From Botryllus schlosseri (lineage: Eukaryota), in NCBI GenBank assembly GCA_051294905.1, contig CM119371.1, forward strand, positions 26,662,001-26,726,000: a stretch of DNA of 64,000 nt. The letters run 5' to 3'. A program made the translations under genes and the position numbers. Within the stretch, counting starts at the first letter, position 1. Every line of letters starts with the position of its first letter. Below, piece after piece: positions 36,801-50,222 of this stretch. Under the pieces are notes generated by a model. That model was not told where the DNA came from, did no database searches, and saw only the letters and a program-made list of their open reading frames with translations.

Positions 36801-39800
36801 TCATACATTAGATACATTTACGTTCAACAAAAGGTGTTTTTTTTTTTCAATTTTTTTATTTTTTTATTTTTGTATTTTGTTTGTATCATAATTCACCATT
36901 CAAAATGGTTAAACACTATACACACGATGCATTTAGGATTGGTAATATATTTTTTTCATTTTCTCATTTTTTTGTGGGCTATTTCTAACATATTCAATTA
37001 TTTGAAGCTATAAAACCACTTGATCACTAAGACACATTGAGGTTTCGTATGTATATACATGTAACTACCTTCTACAATCATCGTGAAAGTTTGCACAAAA
37101 TGTAAATCGGCTTGAGATAGTAACATCACGAATATATGTGATAACGAGTGTAACAGCTGGCCGAAAATATTGATTGCAGTTGGAATGCGATTGCTGATTT
37201 GACAAATAAATTCAAGAACAATTATTATTTGACATTCTCCGACTTGATGATTTAGAAAGAGAATATTGGTTGCTACAACGAAATATTCAGTATGGCAATA
37301 ATTCATCATAGAAGACAGATGATATCTATTTTGAAATGAAGCTATTCCATTGTAACTTGCGTATCAATGATCACAAAAGCAAAACATCCTACATAATGAC
37401 GGCTTCAATTCTACTCTAGTGGAACAAATTTTGTGTTCAAATCCATTGAATCAGTCATTAACGCCGTAAAACGTTCATCTGATGAAAAGGCGAGAAACGA
37501 AACGATATTTGCTGATATGAATGTTGATGTTGGTAACGTTTTCCCGTTACCGAACTGTAAATGCACGATATAAATCGCATCATTACATTGTATCGTGTCA
37601 ATTGTATCGATCGAATGCGAAATCGTCAGCTTGAATTCTGAAATGCAACGCAGTCCACGCTCGTAAATCTTAATTTTGTTGATTAGGAATTGTTGGCTCT
37701 TGTACATGATTAACGTTGTTGCATCTGCCGCCTTTTTTATTAGTGGCTGAAAAACAAGTACCTCTGAATGAAACAATATCCTAGTTAATCAAACAAGTTT
37801 TCCTACTATTCGGATTATCAGACGGAGGTGCAGCGTTCGCTCGTTTACGTCATTGCAGCGTGTAAATATAATTAGACTTTTTGTAAACGACCTGGGCTCA
37901 TAGTCGGATGCATTGTAGGGATTTAATCAATAGATGGACTATTGATTTCTATTTTTGCAACACGATTCTCAAGTATCTTCAGCTCACAATCCAATATCCG
38001 GCAACATATCAATTCAGTACACGCCTTTCACGAAAATAAACTTTCAGGTAACATATCGTATATCAGGGAGCGGCATTATCCGGGACGCTGTACTGCCTAG
38101 TGGACTTTGTTGACACTTTAAGTCTCCATTACGTAAATTACAGTGCAGTCAAAAATGCGGAGTATCAATGACACTTCGAAAAGTAGCTCAACACTTTGTT
38201 TGATAGAAAGTGTCTTTAGTGCCACTAGGATCATCTATTTGAGCAGTAATGTCATAAAAATAGGGTCGTGCATTTCTGCATCAAGTTAACCCTAAATAAG
38301 TGACGATAAGCGTACTGGTATCACACTTGGATAATTGGATAATTCTAGTCGTCTAATTACACTAAACAGAGCGAAATGTCGGTAATCAGATTCGAATATG
38401 ATTCGTGAAATAATTTGTGGCTATCATTCTGATTCTCATCTAATATCTGGTTTTCCTGTGAATGCTACTGAGAGAACAGTATTGTGCGAAACGATCCCAG
38501 ATTGGTCTACAGACATTTTCTTTTATCATGCTCATGAGCAGGATCCATGATTTGATATGAACGGAACCTGATTCAATGTCCAAGTTTTCGAGAATGCAGT
38601 AATTCTAATTCTAATCTAATTTTGAAAAAAAGCTGTGTCGGTATCACTCTAAATCAGTGTTTCCCATCCTTTTTGTCTTCATTCCCCACTTCAGATTTAT
38701 TCCGAGCCTTCATTCCCCAACAGGACCGTAGCAGCACTTTGTCAGCCCCGCCATTGGGTCTACTGTTAAGAGCGTTGCCTTACTTCGACTAAACGCGCGA
38801 AGCGCGAAAAATTTAAATGATTCGTGTTTGAATCGGCAAATATGATAGGGAATTGCATATTTATTGCTATCAATTTTTATCCCCCCTCTGCTCACGTAAT
38901 CAGGTTTACCGGTAGAGCTGAGTGAGGTGTGTTGGAAAAGGTAGGAACCCTAAATAAGAATTAAACATCTTCGGGCGGGCTTGTTGGTATATTGACTTCG
39001 TTACATTATGCTATTTCTTGACCTCCTACATCTGCTATGGCAAAAGATATGGAAATCGTCAAAACTAAAAGGCACACACGCTTTCAAATTGGTATTGCTT
39101 TACTGGCAAATAACACTGGTCAACACATATTTTTAGGCAGATAAAGTAAGAGTGGTTTCGGAGGTTCTGAAGGGCACTGATTCCGAATATGACCTTAGTA
39201 TTTTTCAAATTGGCTCTTGTTGTGAAGATAACAAGAAGCCCATAGGGCTGTGTTGACCCAAATCTCCCATTTTCGCAGTAATGACTGAATATAAAATCGG
39301 CTTAGTGGTACTATAAAGTTTAGAAATTCAATCTGCTTGTTATTTTTACACACAGAAGACTATATTAAATCAAAATACAGCAACAGCACTATATTTTGGG
39401 GTATTAGATTTATCATAGTTACATACTTTCACGGATATCATGTACATAAATAAACTCCTGTCATGTATAGAAGTATTTACCTAGATATTCAAATAACGTG
39501 GCATTAATTCAATCAGTTTTACGTCAACCACCTATTGTAAATTTGAAATAATCAGTTGGCTTGGAATACAATATTATTGATATATTTTAAATCGAAATTG
39601 TTTTTTTTTGTACGATTTTCGCCTGTAAGCTATTTAGTGCAGTTTCTCGAAAGGTTCCGGCAACGGTCTGACTTAATATGATCAATGGTTCATCTCATCT
39701 GCCCTGGTATCTTTCTATTGTTGTTCTGATGTCTTGTTATAACCTCTCCCCTTGCTAATCAACATGATGATCGGGAAATATATCAAGATGACTAAACAGG

Positions 39801-39907
39801 AAGTGACTTTTTATGCTCATGTTTGTTCCAAGTTTTCGTTATGCACATACGAATTTTCGGACCAACTGTTTGTAGTTGGGTGCTTTGTGATCAGCTAAAA
39901 AGTAAAT

Positions 39908-40372
39908 GCGCATGTGGTGTATACAACCAAACCACTTCTGCCAAACTTCCGAAAGGATGTACTTCCTGCTTTAAATACAAGTAACGTCGTCTACGAATTT
40001 AAGTGCCACTGTGATAGTAGGTATGTGGGACGTACATCACAAAGATTGTTTGGACGGATAACGCAACACATTCCCAAATTGATTCGCTCAAAAACTTGCG
40101 CAAATGACCGTACGGAGTTCGCACGACAATGCAAATCAGCCGCCAAAACCGACTGTTACGACGATTACCAAGCATACGCTTCGGCAATTGGCCAACATTT
40201 AAGTGAGAACCCTTCTTGTGCTTAAAACTATAATGACCAAATGTTTACTGTCATTGCGCGAGGCAGATCCTTGTTTCATTTGAAAGCCCTAGAATCCAAC
40301 AATCATCCATTTTACCAAGCCTATTTTATGTAGACAAAAAGATTTTCTGTATAACTTACAAATTTCCCATTA
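39908..40372 (+). pseudogene. Penelope-like retroelement 3' end, GIY-YIG endonuclease domain
   Basis: KDVLP...SNVVYEFKCHCDSRYVGRTSQRL..RI.QH...SAIGQHL..NPSCA, then past an in-frame stop FTVIARGRSLFHLKALES and, after a frameshift, KPILCRQK. Confidence 0.9.
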
Positions 40373-43300
40373 GTGCGTTCTAATTCGTGTTTGTTATTGT
40401 TTGGTTTCAAAATTGCTATGTTACTTGGATCGTACTCTTCAAGTTTGTTATTGTTGCCATCGTTACATTGCGGACTTCATGGTATGTAATTTCTGATTGT
40501 TGCGTCATACTTCGCCTTTCTGGTTTTGCTTTTCATTCTGTTTAAATCCCTTCAGTGTGCCGTTAACTCTTGAAAAGAGGCACCCGAAAAGTCTTCGAGT
40601 TGAATAAATATTTTACTACAATGGATGTTGTATTGAAAGCTATCTTCAAGTTCTGTACCACAAACCAACTGTACTACATCTTAGGAGGAATTACATGCTG
40701 TGAACTCCTCGTAATGTGAAATTGGAATCTTTCATCGGTATTCGAATATGCCAGATACCAGATTGAAGCTTCTCGTTTGATAGGGTTACTAGGTATACCC
40801 ACTTCGTTGACTCAGTGGAAAATTATCCATTTACCAGTCAAAAGAAATGAGACACATATAACTATTGTAGTTAAGTCTTTGAAGGACAAATTTTATAGTT
40901 TTATACTCCTCTTTAATCTTGGTAGAATGACCAATTGATACAGGAGAAGATGAATTTCCGTTTTTGAAAAGTACAATTTCTAGGCTTGACAAACTGCTTT
41001 TTTAATAAACAAATATTTCGCATAATGCCATGTTAATATTGATAGAATGACTGAGAATGACATGAGGGTTCTTCATAGTCAATTAGCCATTTATGCGCAG
41101 TATAAAATTAGAAAAAACTACGATTTTCTTCTCACCAAGTGAAATATTAAAGGCTATAAATACTGAAATTTTGGGCATTTTTAAGGGTATAAATATCTTC
41201 TGACAGAGAGCCAATCTGACAAAACTAATGTGATATTCGTAATCCACAACCTCAAAAACCCCAGAAACGGCTCTCAGATGTTCTGCCTAAAATGTTTTTT
41301 TCATTTTGTAAACCAGTGTAATTTTTCCCTGCGGGACGGCATTTGTCCTGTTGGGGTTCAAATCGCCAAGACAGGAACATTCAGCGCCAGACATATATAT
41401 GTATGTTGTATATATATCGAAGTTTTGGGTCACCACAAGGGCATTCCTTCTCGGCCAAGGTTTTCTCACTGTTGATCGTTCTTGCACACTTCTCGGAGTT
41501 GCATGTTACATGCCGTATAACTTCATATGCCTTGGTGCGTCGTGGCGCAGTAATGGTCGACGCCGAAGTCTCCATTTCTATAAATGCTACGTATTTTCGT
41601 GGGGGAAAGGTACCCAATAATTGAATGTTCAGCAATATTAAATCGCACAACCATCGCGAATTTTTTTTGAAAAAGTGGCATAAATGTCAGTAACGCTCAA
41701 AATTTCGCGAAAGCGTTATTTCACGTCAAACGAGTCGTGCTCGATGCTTTTGTGACGCCATGATTGGCCATCCAGAGGTAGAAATGTGGTTTTGTGAACA
41801 ACACGCAATATAATTTTCGATACATACATTCCAGAGCAGTTAACTAGTAACGGTAATTGCGCATGTGTCTCCGTGAATATGTGGACTGTCCCCTTTATAA
41901 TTTTAAACAAACGCGTCTATTCCCCACCAGAAACCATTGCATTCCCACCAGCGGGGAATTCCTCACCGTTTGGGTACCACTGCTATACTTTAATTCAATT
42001 TGGAAATACCTGTTTAACTATAGTTCTAATTTTATAGTTGTCCAAATCTGACTGTTGTCAATTCCCAAAGTGCGTCGATTTTCGGCCCACTTCTTGACAA
42101 CACGTTGTTCAATACGATACGTACGGAAAATTTGTAAGATACCACTTGCAATATGTAAGAAAATTATTCGACAACCCGAACAGTAATCTTATTTTATCTT
42201 CACATAATTCAGTAATTTCGAAACCTTCATTCAAAATACTTGTACTTGTACCCAAGTAAAAAATGGGCGGGATCACTTCAACTTCTGCACGAGTCGAATC
42301 AATGACTATTTCGATAGTTTCTACAAACGATGCGACCACATATTCCGACCAGCAACTCTATTTTTCACTTTCAGCAGCTACACAATGCAGATTGACTTTT
42401 GCCATGTCAATCATGCGGGCATGTCGTCAAATCTCAGATTTTATTATCCAATACTTCTAGCAAGAAAATATGATATGCAGCAACTGAATGTAGCACGTAA
42501 TCATGTATTGAAATGTTGACCTACTGTCGAGATCAACTTCCGTGTCATACATTGGCAGAGGTTGTCAGTAACCAAGTACTTATACTTTTTCCAATTATAA
42601 AAGTACTTTTGCCCAATTTCATTATTTACTATGATGCATGGCATCGTTATTATATTCTTGCAGAATAAACAAAGTTATTTTTCGACATAACGATGCACCG
42701 TGTGACATCGTCATGATGACACTCACATTTATAATTGATCTATGTAAATAATTTTTACCGTGTATGAGAATGGATCGAGCATGGAATTGAAGGATAAATC
42801 TCAACCCCCATTTCTAGAACGTTCAGACTTCGCGACATTTACTCACCTCCGCCAAAATTTGTTGTCGAGTAGCATGCAGGCATCTGTTTTTCGAGTCACT
42901 GAATTGAGAAATAATTTCCAAATATACCAAATACTTGAATAGTAGAAGATATCTGCGCTGAGCTAAAATCTGAATCCCGTTGCTAAATAAAATTTCAAAT
43001 ACAAATCGAAATCCATAATTAATTTGGTATCGGTGGTCAGTAACGGAGTAATTCTATTTTATCAGAGTACTCAAGTAGTGTTCTCTAATTGCACCAATCG
43101 ATCAAGTCGATAAAATTTTAGACAACTTCCATTTCTGCTTGTAGTAAGAATTGCTGGACAAACTACTGACTTCATACAATTTGGATTTTGACAAGTATCA
43201 AGTAGTTGCGCGATAATTTATCGTCATTTTTGTTCAGTGAAAGTGTCGTAGGAGCCGAGCGAAATAGCCCATGTATCGCGGTAACTGAATCTATTTTACA

Positions 43301-43525
43301 ATATTTCGCTCACTTGCTGTGAATTTAGTCATTTTGATACATCTTGTAACTTAGAAAGTAGATATCTTATGTTAACTGCTAAAAGTAACATAACTGCTCC
43401 TAACGTAAGGAGAGTTATTGAAACCACTTTTAATTGAACTCAAATCCCACGACCGATAATGACAAACGATGAATGTTGAAATGAATATATTCGAATGAGA
43501 GAGAGAGAGAGATAGATATATATAA

Positions 43526-43767
43526 TATTCTTTTTCGCCTGCACCATCGAGATGCTTTGGCGACGGAGTTGCGATACGGCCCCATGAGGTCATCTAATCT
43601 GCGCCCCCGTTTTTTTCTCCTCCATGCTATCCGTGATTGCTGAGCGCCTAGCAGGATAGCTGCGGATATCAATTTTCGAGTCTTTGGTATGACCCGGCCG
43701 GGGATCGTACCCACGACCTACCGCTCGAGAAGCCGGACGCATAACCATTACACTATCTCCCTCGGTC
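43526..43767 (-). mobile_element. tRNA-derived SINE (Nin-domain-like), near full length
   Basis: Minus strand: A-box-like TAGTGTAATGG, B-box-like GGTACGATCCC, then GGCCGGGTCATACCAAAGAC...GGCGCTCAGCA. Simple-repeat tail. A second copy lies at 44548. Confidence 0.8.
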
Positions 43768-44547
43768 GCTATCTCGCTCGCTCGGAATGAACGACGTAAC
43801 AAATGAATGTCCCAGATGCAGCAAATAAGGTTAGTCGAGGAATTAGGTTTCAAAATAGTGGTCGCCTGCGGTTATGGAAGACAAGCGTAAACAATAGAAA
43901 CACGTGTCAGTAAGTAGAGACCACATAGGACACAAAAAACAACTACCAACGTACCAACTCAACGTAGCTAGTACCAACGACTGAACCGAATAAAATAGAG
44001 GCGGCGGCCAATCAACATATATAGAGAACCACAATTGGGCGCCTAATTAATTAGTGATAATTACTACACACTGCAGATTACTGCAGTAACAGAAGCAACA
44101 CCTCAACTAAATCTACTTTTGAAACGACTCATATGATAACGCCTCTCATGATACAAGAGTTGGTGTTAGCAACTTTCAGAAACAATGGGTGTCAGTATGC
44201 TCACTAGATGGCGCAAAAGATCCGCATAGAGCACTGTATTTTCTCCTATAGTTACGAAAATATACGAGTCCCCACATTTCTATGACTCATTGCCCTTCAT
44301 TAAGCTCTATGAATCTTTATCACAGCCTTGAAAGCTGGGGTATCATCAGGCGCGAATTACTTCCACTTTTCTCCAGTACGCAACTAGTCTACAGCGACTC
44401 GTTCACTTACTCAAGTAATTTGATTTGAATACTACTTCTACGTCAGATTTTATTGCTGAAATAGGCTACTGATTTTTGCAATCTTGATATTGTCGAGTGA
44501 AAAGCGTAAAACAATGATCTGTATTCAATATAGAATCTCGAATCAAA

Positions 44548-44759
44548 CTTCTCGATCGGTAGGTCGTGGGTTCGGTCCCCGGCCGGGTCATACCGAATAC
44601 TCGAAAATTGGTAACCGCAGCTATCCTGCTAGGGCGCTCAGCAATCACGGATAGCATGGAGCAGAAAAAGCCGGGGGTGCAGACTAGATGACCTTACTAT
44701 AAAGGCCGTATCGCATCTCTGTCGTCAAAGCATCTCGATGGTGCAGGCGAAAAAGAATA
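44548..44759 (+). mobile_element. 5'-truncated copy of the same tRNA-derived SINE
   Basis: Reverse-complement match to 43526-43732. Confidence 0.8.
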
Positions 44760-44928
44760 CCATCTCTATCCCTACCATGTCATAGCCACGTGATTTCTAG
44801 TTGTGTTAGTAACGCATTAGGCATGTAACGTGAAAGGAGCATTTCATGCAAAATGATCACACATATTTATTATACTCAATATTTGAAGACTTTTACATAA
44901 TAACATACCTAACCAAACAATAACTTAC

Positions 44929-46570
44929 ATTGCAAAACTTCCAACTCAGTATCGATATCATTTGCAATCTTCTCGGCTTTGTTCAATTCGTCTCCTTTCA
45001 ACATGTCATATTCACTGCAGTATATCAATGATACTTTCTTCAAATTGGACTTTTTGACGAGAGACGAAATGTCATCGACTGAAGTACGACATCCAAAGTA
45101 GAATATGCATCTGATATATTCGATCTGCGGCAGGAGATTATTACTTTTAATATTGTGTATTATAATGATGTTTCTTGCTATTTCTTCAAAGGGATATGAT
45201 TTGTTAGAAAATAATTTGGATCAAGGATGGCCAATCCTTTTGCTATTCACGGCCACATTTCAATCACTCATGTCGCTTATACGGCCGTATTTCAGGACAT
45301 AGTCGTAATGGACTAACTTGGCGCCGAATATCCATGTTAAACTGCCCATATCCAATGCCGGTGAACTCCAGACTACTCTATTTAATGTGAGTGATTTCTG
45401 GGACCCGTTATAGTCTGGCGAGCCGCGAAAATTTTTTTCACATTCGGGAATGAATTTCGTCATTAATATAAGATTATAAGTAGTTTCACATATTACTATG
45501 AAACATTCAATTATGTTTTCCCAGCCCATGCGATCAGATTCACCAGTAGAGGTAATATGGGTGAGTGTTTTCGAACATTTAGGGAAGATCATAAATGATG
45601 ATTGATCTTCGGGTGGGTCAACTGTTATCAGTCACTTTGTTGCATGCTAGCTGTGATTTCTCGCCCAAGCGTACCACAAATCATTTTCTTTCGTGAGGAG
45701 CTCACGATTCCAAGTTAGTATTTCTATAAGGGGGGAATCATTTTCTATGCTGTTCACATATGTGTTGCGGGGCTCACAATGCAAAGGGCGCTTCTATATT
45801 AAAATCACACGAGGCGCGAATAAATTATCCTTATTGATCAATATCGGGAGTCGGTTTGTTAATTGAATATACATGTCGGCGGCCACCAACATATACTAAT
45901 TGAAACATGTGTCGAAAGCTGCACAAATTCCAATCTACGGCCGCAAGTTGCCCATCCCTGCTTTAGATGAACTTATTGATAAGAAGCACGAACTCACCAA
46001 CTGGGATGGATATCTAGGACAAGAAAAATAAGTAAATTCTTGTGAAGGGGACTTGAACTGCACAGGAGAATTCAATAATAAAGCTGTGGGTGGTAGGGAG
46101 AAGTACGTTGCATCTATGCAAATACCACCGAATCATAATTACTACCTTCTTTTGCTTGCAAGCTGCCACAATATTTCTGAATTCATCTTCATCCTCGAAG
46201 CAGAACATTGCATGGATACTGTCAAAAACAGAAATTGCTCTACCGCGGTCCAAAATACTGTTGTAATCCTCGACGGAAATCTGGCCATTCACAGCAATTT
46301 CCAAGACCTCCATCTCAAATGCGAAAGACATAAGTTGGGAATTCTTGAAATAAGATTCGGTAATTTGATTAAAGATAGTTATTCCTGGAAGCTACGATAG
46401 ACGCCGAAAGAATTATCAATTCCTATTTTCGAGATAAAATTATAGTGTAATATATATGCGTTCGAAAACATGCCATGAGGAATCGTACTTGATACTTTTT
46501 CCGGTAAGTTTCAATTACCGACCAATCGATATCTTCTTCCTCCGTGCAATCGAGCAATATCTTGTTTACC
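44929..46570 (-). pseudogene. Possible decayed host-gene exons, product unknown
   Basis: Protein-like segments with splice-like edges: IEYIRCIFYFGCRTSVDDISSLVKKSNLKKVSLIYCSEYDMLKGDELNKAEKIANDIDTELEVLQ|gtaagt; ORF 46014-46331; cag|VNKILLDCTEEEDIDWSVIETYRKKYQ. Confidence 0.35.
45222..45960. mobile_element. hAT-type MITE
   Basis: Imperfect TIRs CAAGGATGGCCAA / TTGCCCATCCCTG; partial TSD ATTTGGAT / CTTTAGAT. Confidence 0.55.
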
Positions 46571-46909
46571 TGAACACAATATTGGTTTCATGAGGTAAGA
46601 TGGCATCATCGTGACGTGATCATGTCTTGAAATCGATGTTCATGTTTTTACAGTATAATAGTGATTTGTTACAATTATTTGATTATACACAATGCATACA
46701 CTGCATTGGTTTTAGTCGCATTCCTGAGCATGATCTCAAATTAGAATCTACCCACGAATATTTTATGTATTCTATAAACATATAATACAAGTAGTGGTGG
46801 TCAAAGTAGTCGTCGTCGATACTCAAGTAGAAGTATTCAAGTACATTTCTACTCACGTAGTATTAGCGATATACAAGTAAGTAAAAAATAAGTACTCCAA
46901 GCCAAGAAT

Positions 46910-48441
46910 TAAAACTAGAGTTACACAGTTTTTCAAAATTAGCTTAGAATTAGAATTAGAGCAACACAGTTTTTTTTACGAATAAGATTGCTATTGGAGC
47001 TATACATTTTTTTTTTCAAATTAGATTAGAATAAGATCTACACATTTTTTTCCAAATAAGATTAGAATAAGATCTACACATTTTTTTTTCCAAATAAAAT
47101 GATAATTGGAGCTATAGAGTTTTTACCAAATAAGATTAGGATTAGAATTGGAGCTACACAGTTTTTTTCTAAATAAGATTAGAATTAGAATTGGAGCTAC
47201 AGTTTTTTTTTTTCTAAATAAGATTAGGATTAGAATTGGAGCTACACAGCTTTTTAAAAATAAGATTAGGAATAGAATTGGAGCTACACAGTTTTTTTCT
47301 AAATAAGATTAGGATTCGAATTGGAGCTACACAATTTTTTAAAAATAAGATTAGGATTAGAATTAGAGCTACACATTTAAAAAAAAATAAGATTAGGATT
47401 AGAATTAGAGCTACACAATTTTTTTTTAAATGAGATAAGGATTAGAATTAGAGCTACACAGTTTTGTTGCAAATAAGATTGGAATTAGAGCTACACATTT
47501 TTTTTCTAAATAAAATTATCATTAGAGCTACGCAGTTTTGTTATTTTTAAATAAGATTAGGATTAGAATTGGAGCTACACAGTTTTTTTCTAAATAAGAT
47601 TATAATCTGAGATACACACTTTTTTTCAAATTAGATTAGAATTAGAGCTATACAGTTTTTTTTTCAAATATGATTAGAATTAGAATTTGAGCTACAAATT
47701 TTTTCCAAATTAGATTGAAATTAGAGTTAGAGCAACAGTTTTTCAAAATTAGATTAGAATTAGAATAGAAGCTACACAGTTTTTTTTTCAATTAGATTAG
47801 GATTGGAATTAGGGTTACACAGGTTTTTACGAATTAGATTAAAATTGGGATTATAGTTATATATACAGATTTTAGAAATTAGATTAGAGTTACAAAGTTT
47901 TTTTAAATTAGATTAGAATTAGAATTAGAGCTACACAGTTTTTTCCAGATTAGAATGAATTAGAATTAGATCTACACAGTTTTTTCCGAATTAGATTAGA
48001 ATTTGGAATAGAGCTACACAGATTTTTACGAAGTAGAATGAAATTAGAATTGCTACACAGTTACACAGTTTTTTCAAATTCGATTGGAATTAGAATAGAA
48101 GTTAGTTCTTTTCAGAATTAGATTAGAATAGAATTAGAGCTACAAAGTTTCTTCCATATTAGATTGGAATTAGAATTTGAGCTCCTCAATTCTTTCCAAA
48201 TTAGACTGAAATTAGAATTACAGATAACGTTATTTTCTAAATTTGATTGGAATTAGAATAGAAGCTACCCATATTTTTTTCAGAATAAGATTAGAATTTG
48301 AATTTAAGGTACAGAGTTTTTTTTTCAAATTAGATTCGAATTAGAGTTATACAGTTTTAAAAAATTACGATGCGTTAGGATTAGAATAAGAGCTACGGTT
48401 TTTTTTCGAATTAGATTAGAATTGGAATTAGTGCTACACAG
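46910..48441. repeat. ~35-45-bp minisatellite, ~1.5 kb
   Basis: Unit approximately AAATAAGATTAGGATTAGAATTGGAGCTACACAGTTTTTTTC, more than 30 variable copies; residual units near 49200-49260. Confidence 0.95.
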
Positions 48442-49549
48442 TAAGGGTGTACAAAAATGATTTTTTTTTCCAAATTTTATTGGCTATTTGATAAAATTGG
48501 TAAGGTACCTAATAAGTTACCTAAACAATAAGTTTGGTTCTATTCTAACCAGTAGCCGCATTGCTACTGGAGAAGAATGTTTTTACGTTCATTATGTAAA
48601 AATGTTTGAAAAAATTCAAAATTTTCTTTTCATCCCATGAAATTATTCGGTTTTCTGTACAAACGATGTTTACCAAATTTGGCTCAATCCCAACCAGCGT
48701 AAGCGGAGTTCTTGAGTATAAGTATATTGCCTTGACGTGCAATGACTCAGACACTGACAAGACCAAGAGGCTTATAGAAAACGGCTTAAAGCGCCCAAGA
48801 GCGTTGCGAGGTATCTTGGCAGCTCATATAGTTTAAAATAAAATGAAGTTTGTAATCATGATATTTCTGGTTGTATTTGTGCTACTTTATTAAAATATTA
48901 TTTCCGATGTGGTAAGCATGCCAATCGCACCTGTTAGGGAGGACAGCGTTGTACTAACATAAAGTTTTAAAATGTGGCTGCTCAACTATATTGCCTATTT
49001 TGTCTTGACATAGCATTCTTGTGGCCCGCGGTCTGCACGAATTTTGAAAAGTGGCCAACGATCCGTTTTGAGTTGACGACATCTACACTATATAGCTCTC
49101 CTGAATGACTGTACGTTGTAAGCAATGCGATGGCGACTTGGCACCGGATTTCCCTGTGAAATGCCGCGGACAAATAACCATTCTAGGGAAAACAATAAAC
49201 TATATTAGAATTAAAATTAGAGCATAGGAACATTTCACAAATTAGATTAGAATTAGATTACTGGCATTTCGCCGTAAATTAGTGAGATTAGTCAGCTAGA
49301 ATGATCTAGTTGTCCAAGTCTGATGGGAAGTAACGATTTACTTCTACTTCTCAAAAGTGCGAGGTTAATATCACAATTTTCACATGACTTAATGATTAAA
49401 CCTACTTGTGACGTGACTAATCATTTTGCGTTCGTCTAAGAGACGCATCTCGCAATCAAGAAGGTAGCCAGCACCGATGAACTGTCGAATATTTGCAAAC
49501 CGTCGAATAAAAAAACTTTTGAAAACTATTTATTTGGAGTACTTATAAG

Positions 49550-50038
49550 TAGGGCTGGGCAAAATGATTCCAGTACTCAAATCTGAATCGAGTATCAATT
49601 TTAATGATTCGAGTCGAGTAGTAAAACACAATTTTTTCGAGCAGCGAAATTATACTCTCGCCACTGAAAGTGAATTTATCAACGAAAATTATAGTTTCGA
49701 TACTAATTTTCACTATTGAAGCCTTGAAACCATGAATGGTTGGTTCGTAGCATAAGAAACATAAAGTACAAAGTGTGTAGCACATTTCCAAAATCATGAT
49801 CATCCCACAACATTGTCACCAAGTGCAATGAAATCGGTATAGTCGAAAAAATACCAAAGTATCTTTCATGTGATGGAGAACAGGCAATATGTTCTTTGCG
49901 GTCGCCTAATAGGTACACATTTGAACTTTGACATGTTACATTCTGTTATGACGTCATAACGAGGCATTATGGATTACTCGAAGCGCATTACGTTATTAAG
50001 ATTCGAATCACTCAGGAACTTGATCTTGCCCAGGCCAA
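49550..50038. mobile_element. hAT MITE (same family as 55357-55861; fragment at ~10667-10850)
   Basis: TAGGGCTGGGCAA / TTGCCCAGGCCAA; TSD CTTATAAG / CTAATAAG. Confidence 0.8.
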
Positions 50039-50222
50039 CTAATAAGATCATACATTTTCCACTTTCACGTGAAGTATTTTTATTAGGTCTTTTAAAGAGC
50101 TGGTTCTACTTGTAATCGCGTATAAATTCAACAAGTTACGTCTACTTCTACTTGATTAGCAAGGCTGAGTATTTTGACCAGCTCTGCGTACATTCGAGAC
50201 TCGACTCGCAGTATTGGAGACT

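Noticed and set aside
41230..41650. Cluster of overlapping ORFs
   Set aside because: No recognisable protein; most likely chance open frames.
47236..47433. ORF with KIRIRI repeats
   Set aside because: It is a translation of the minisatellite.
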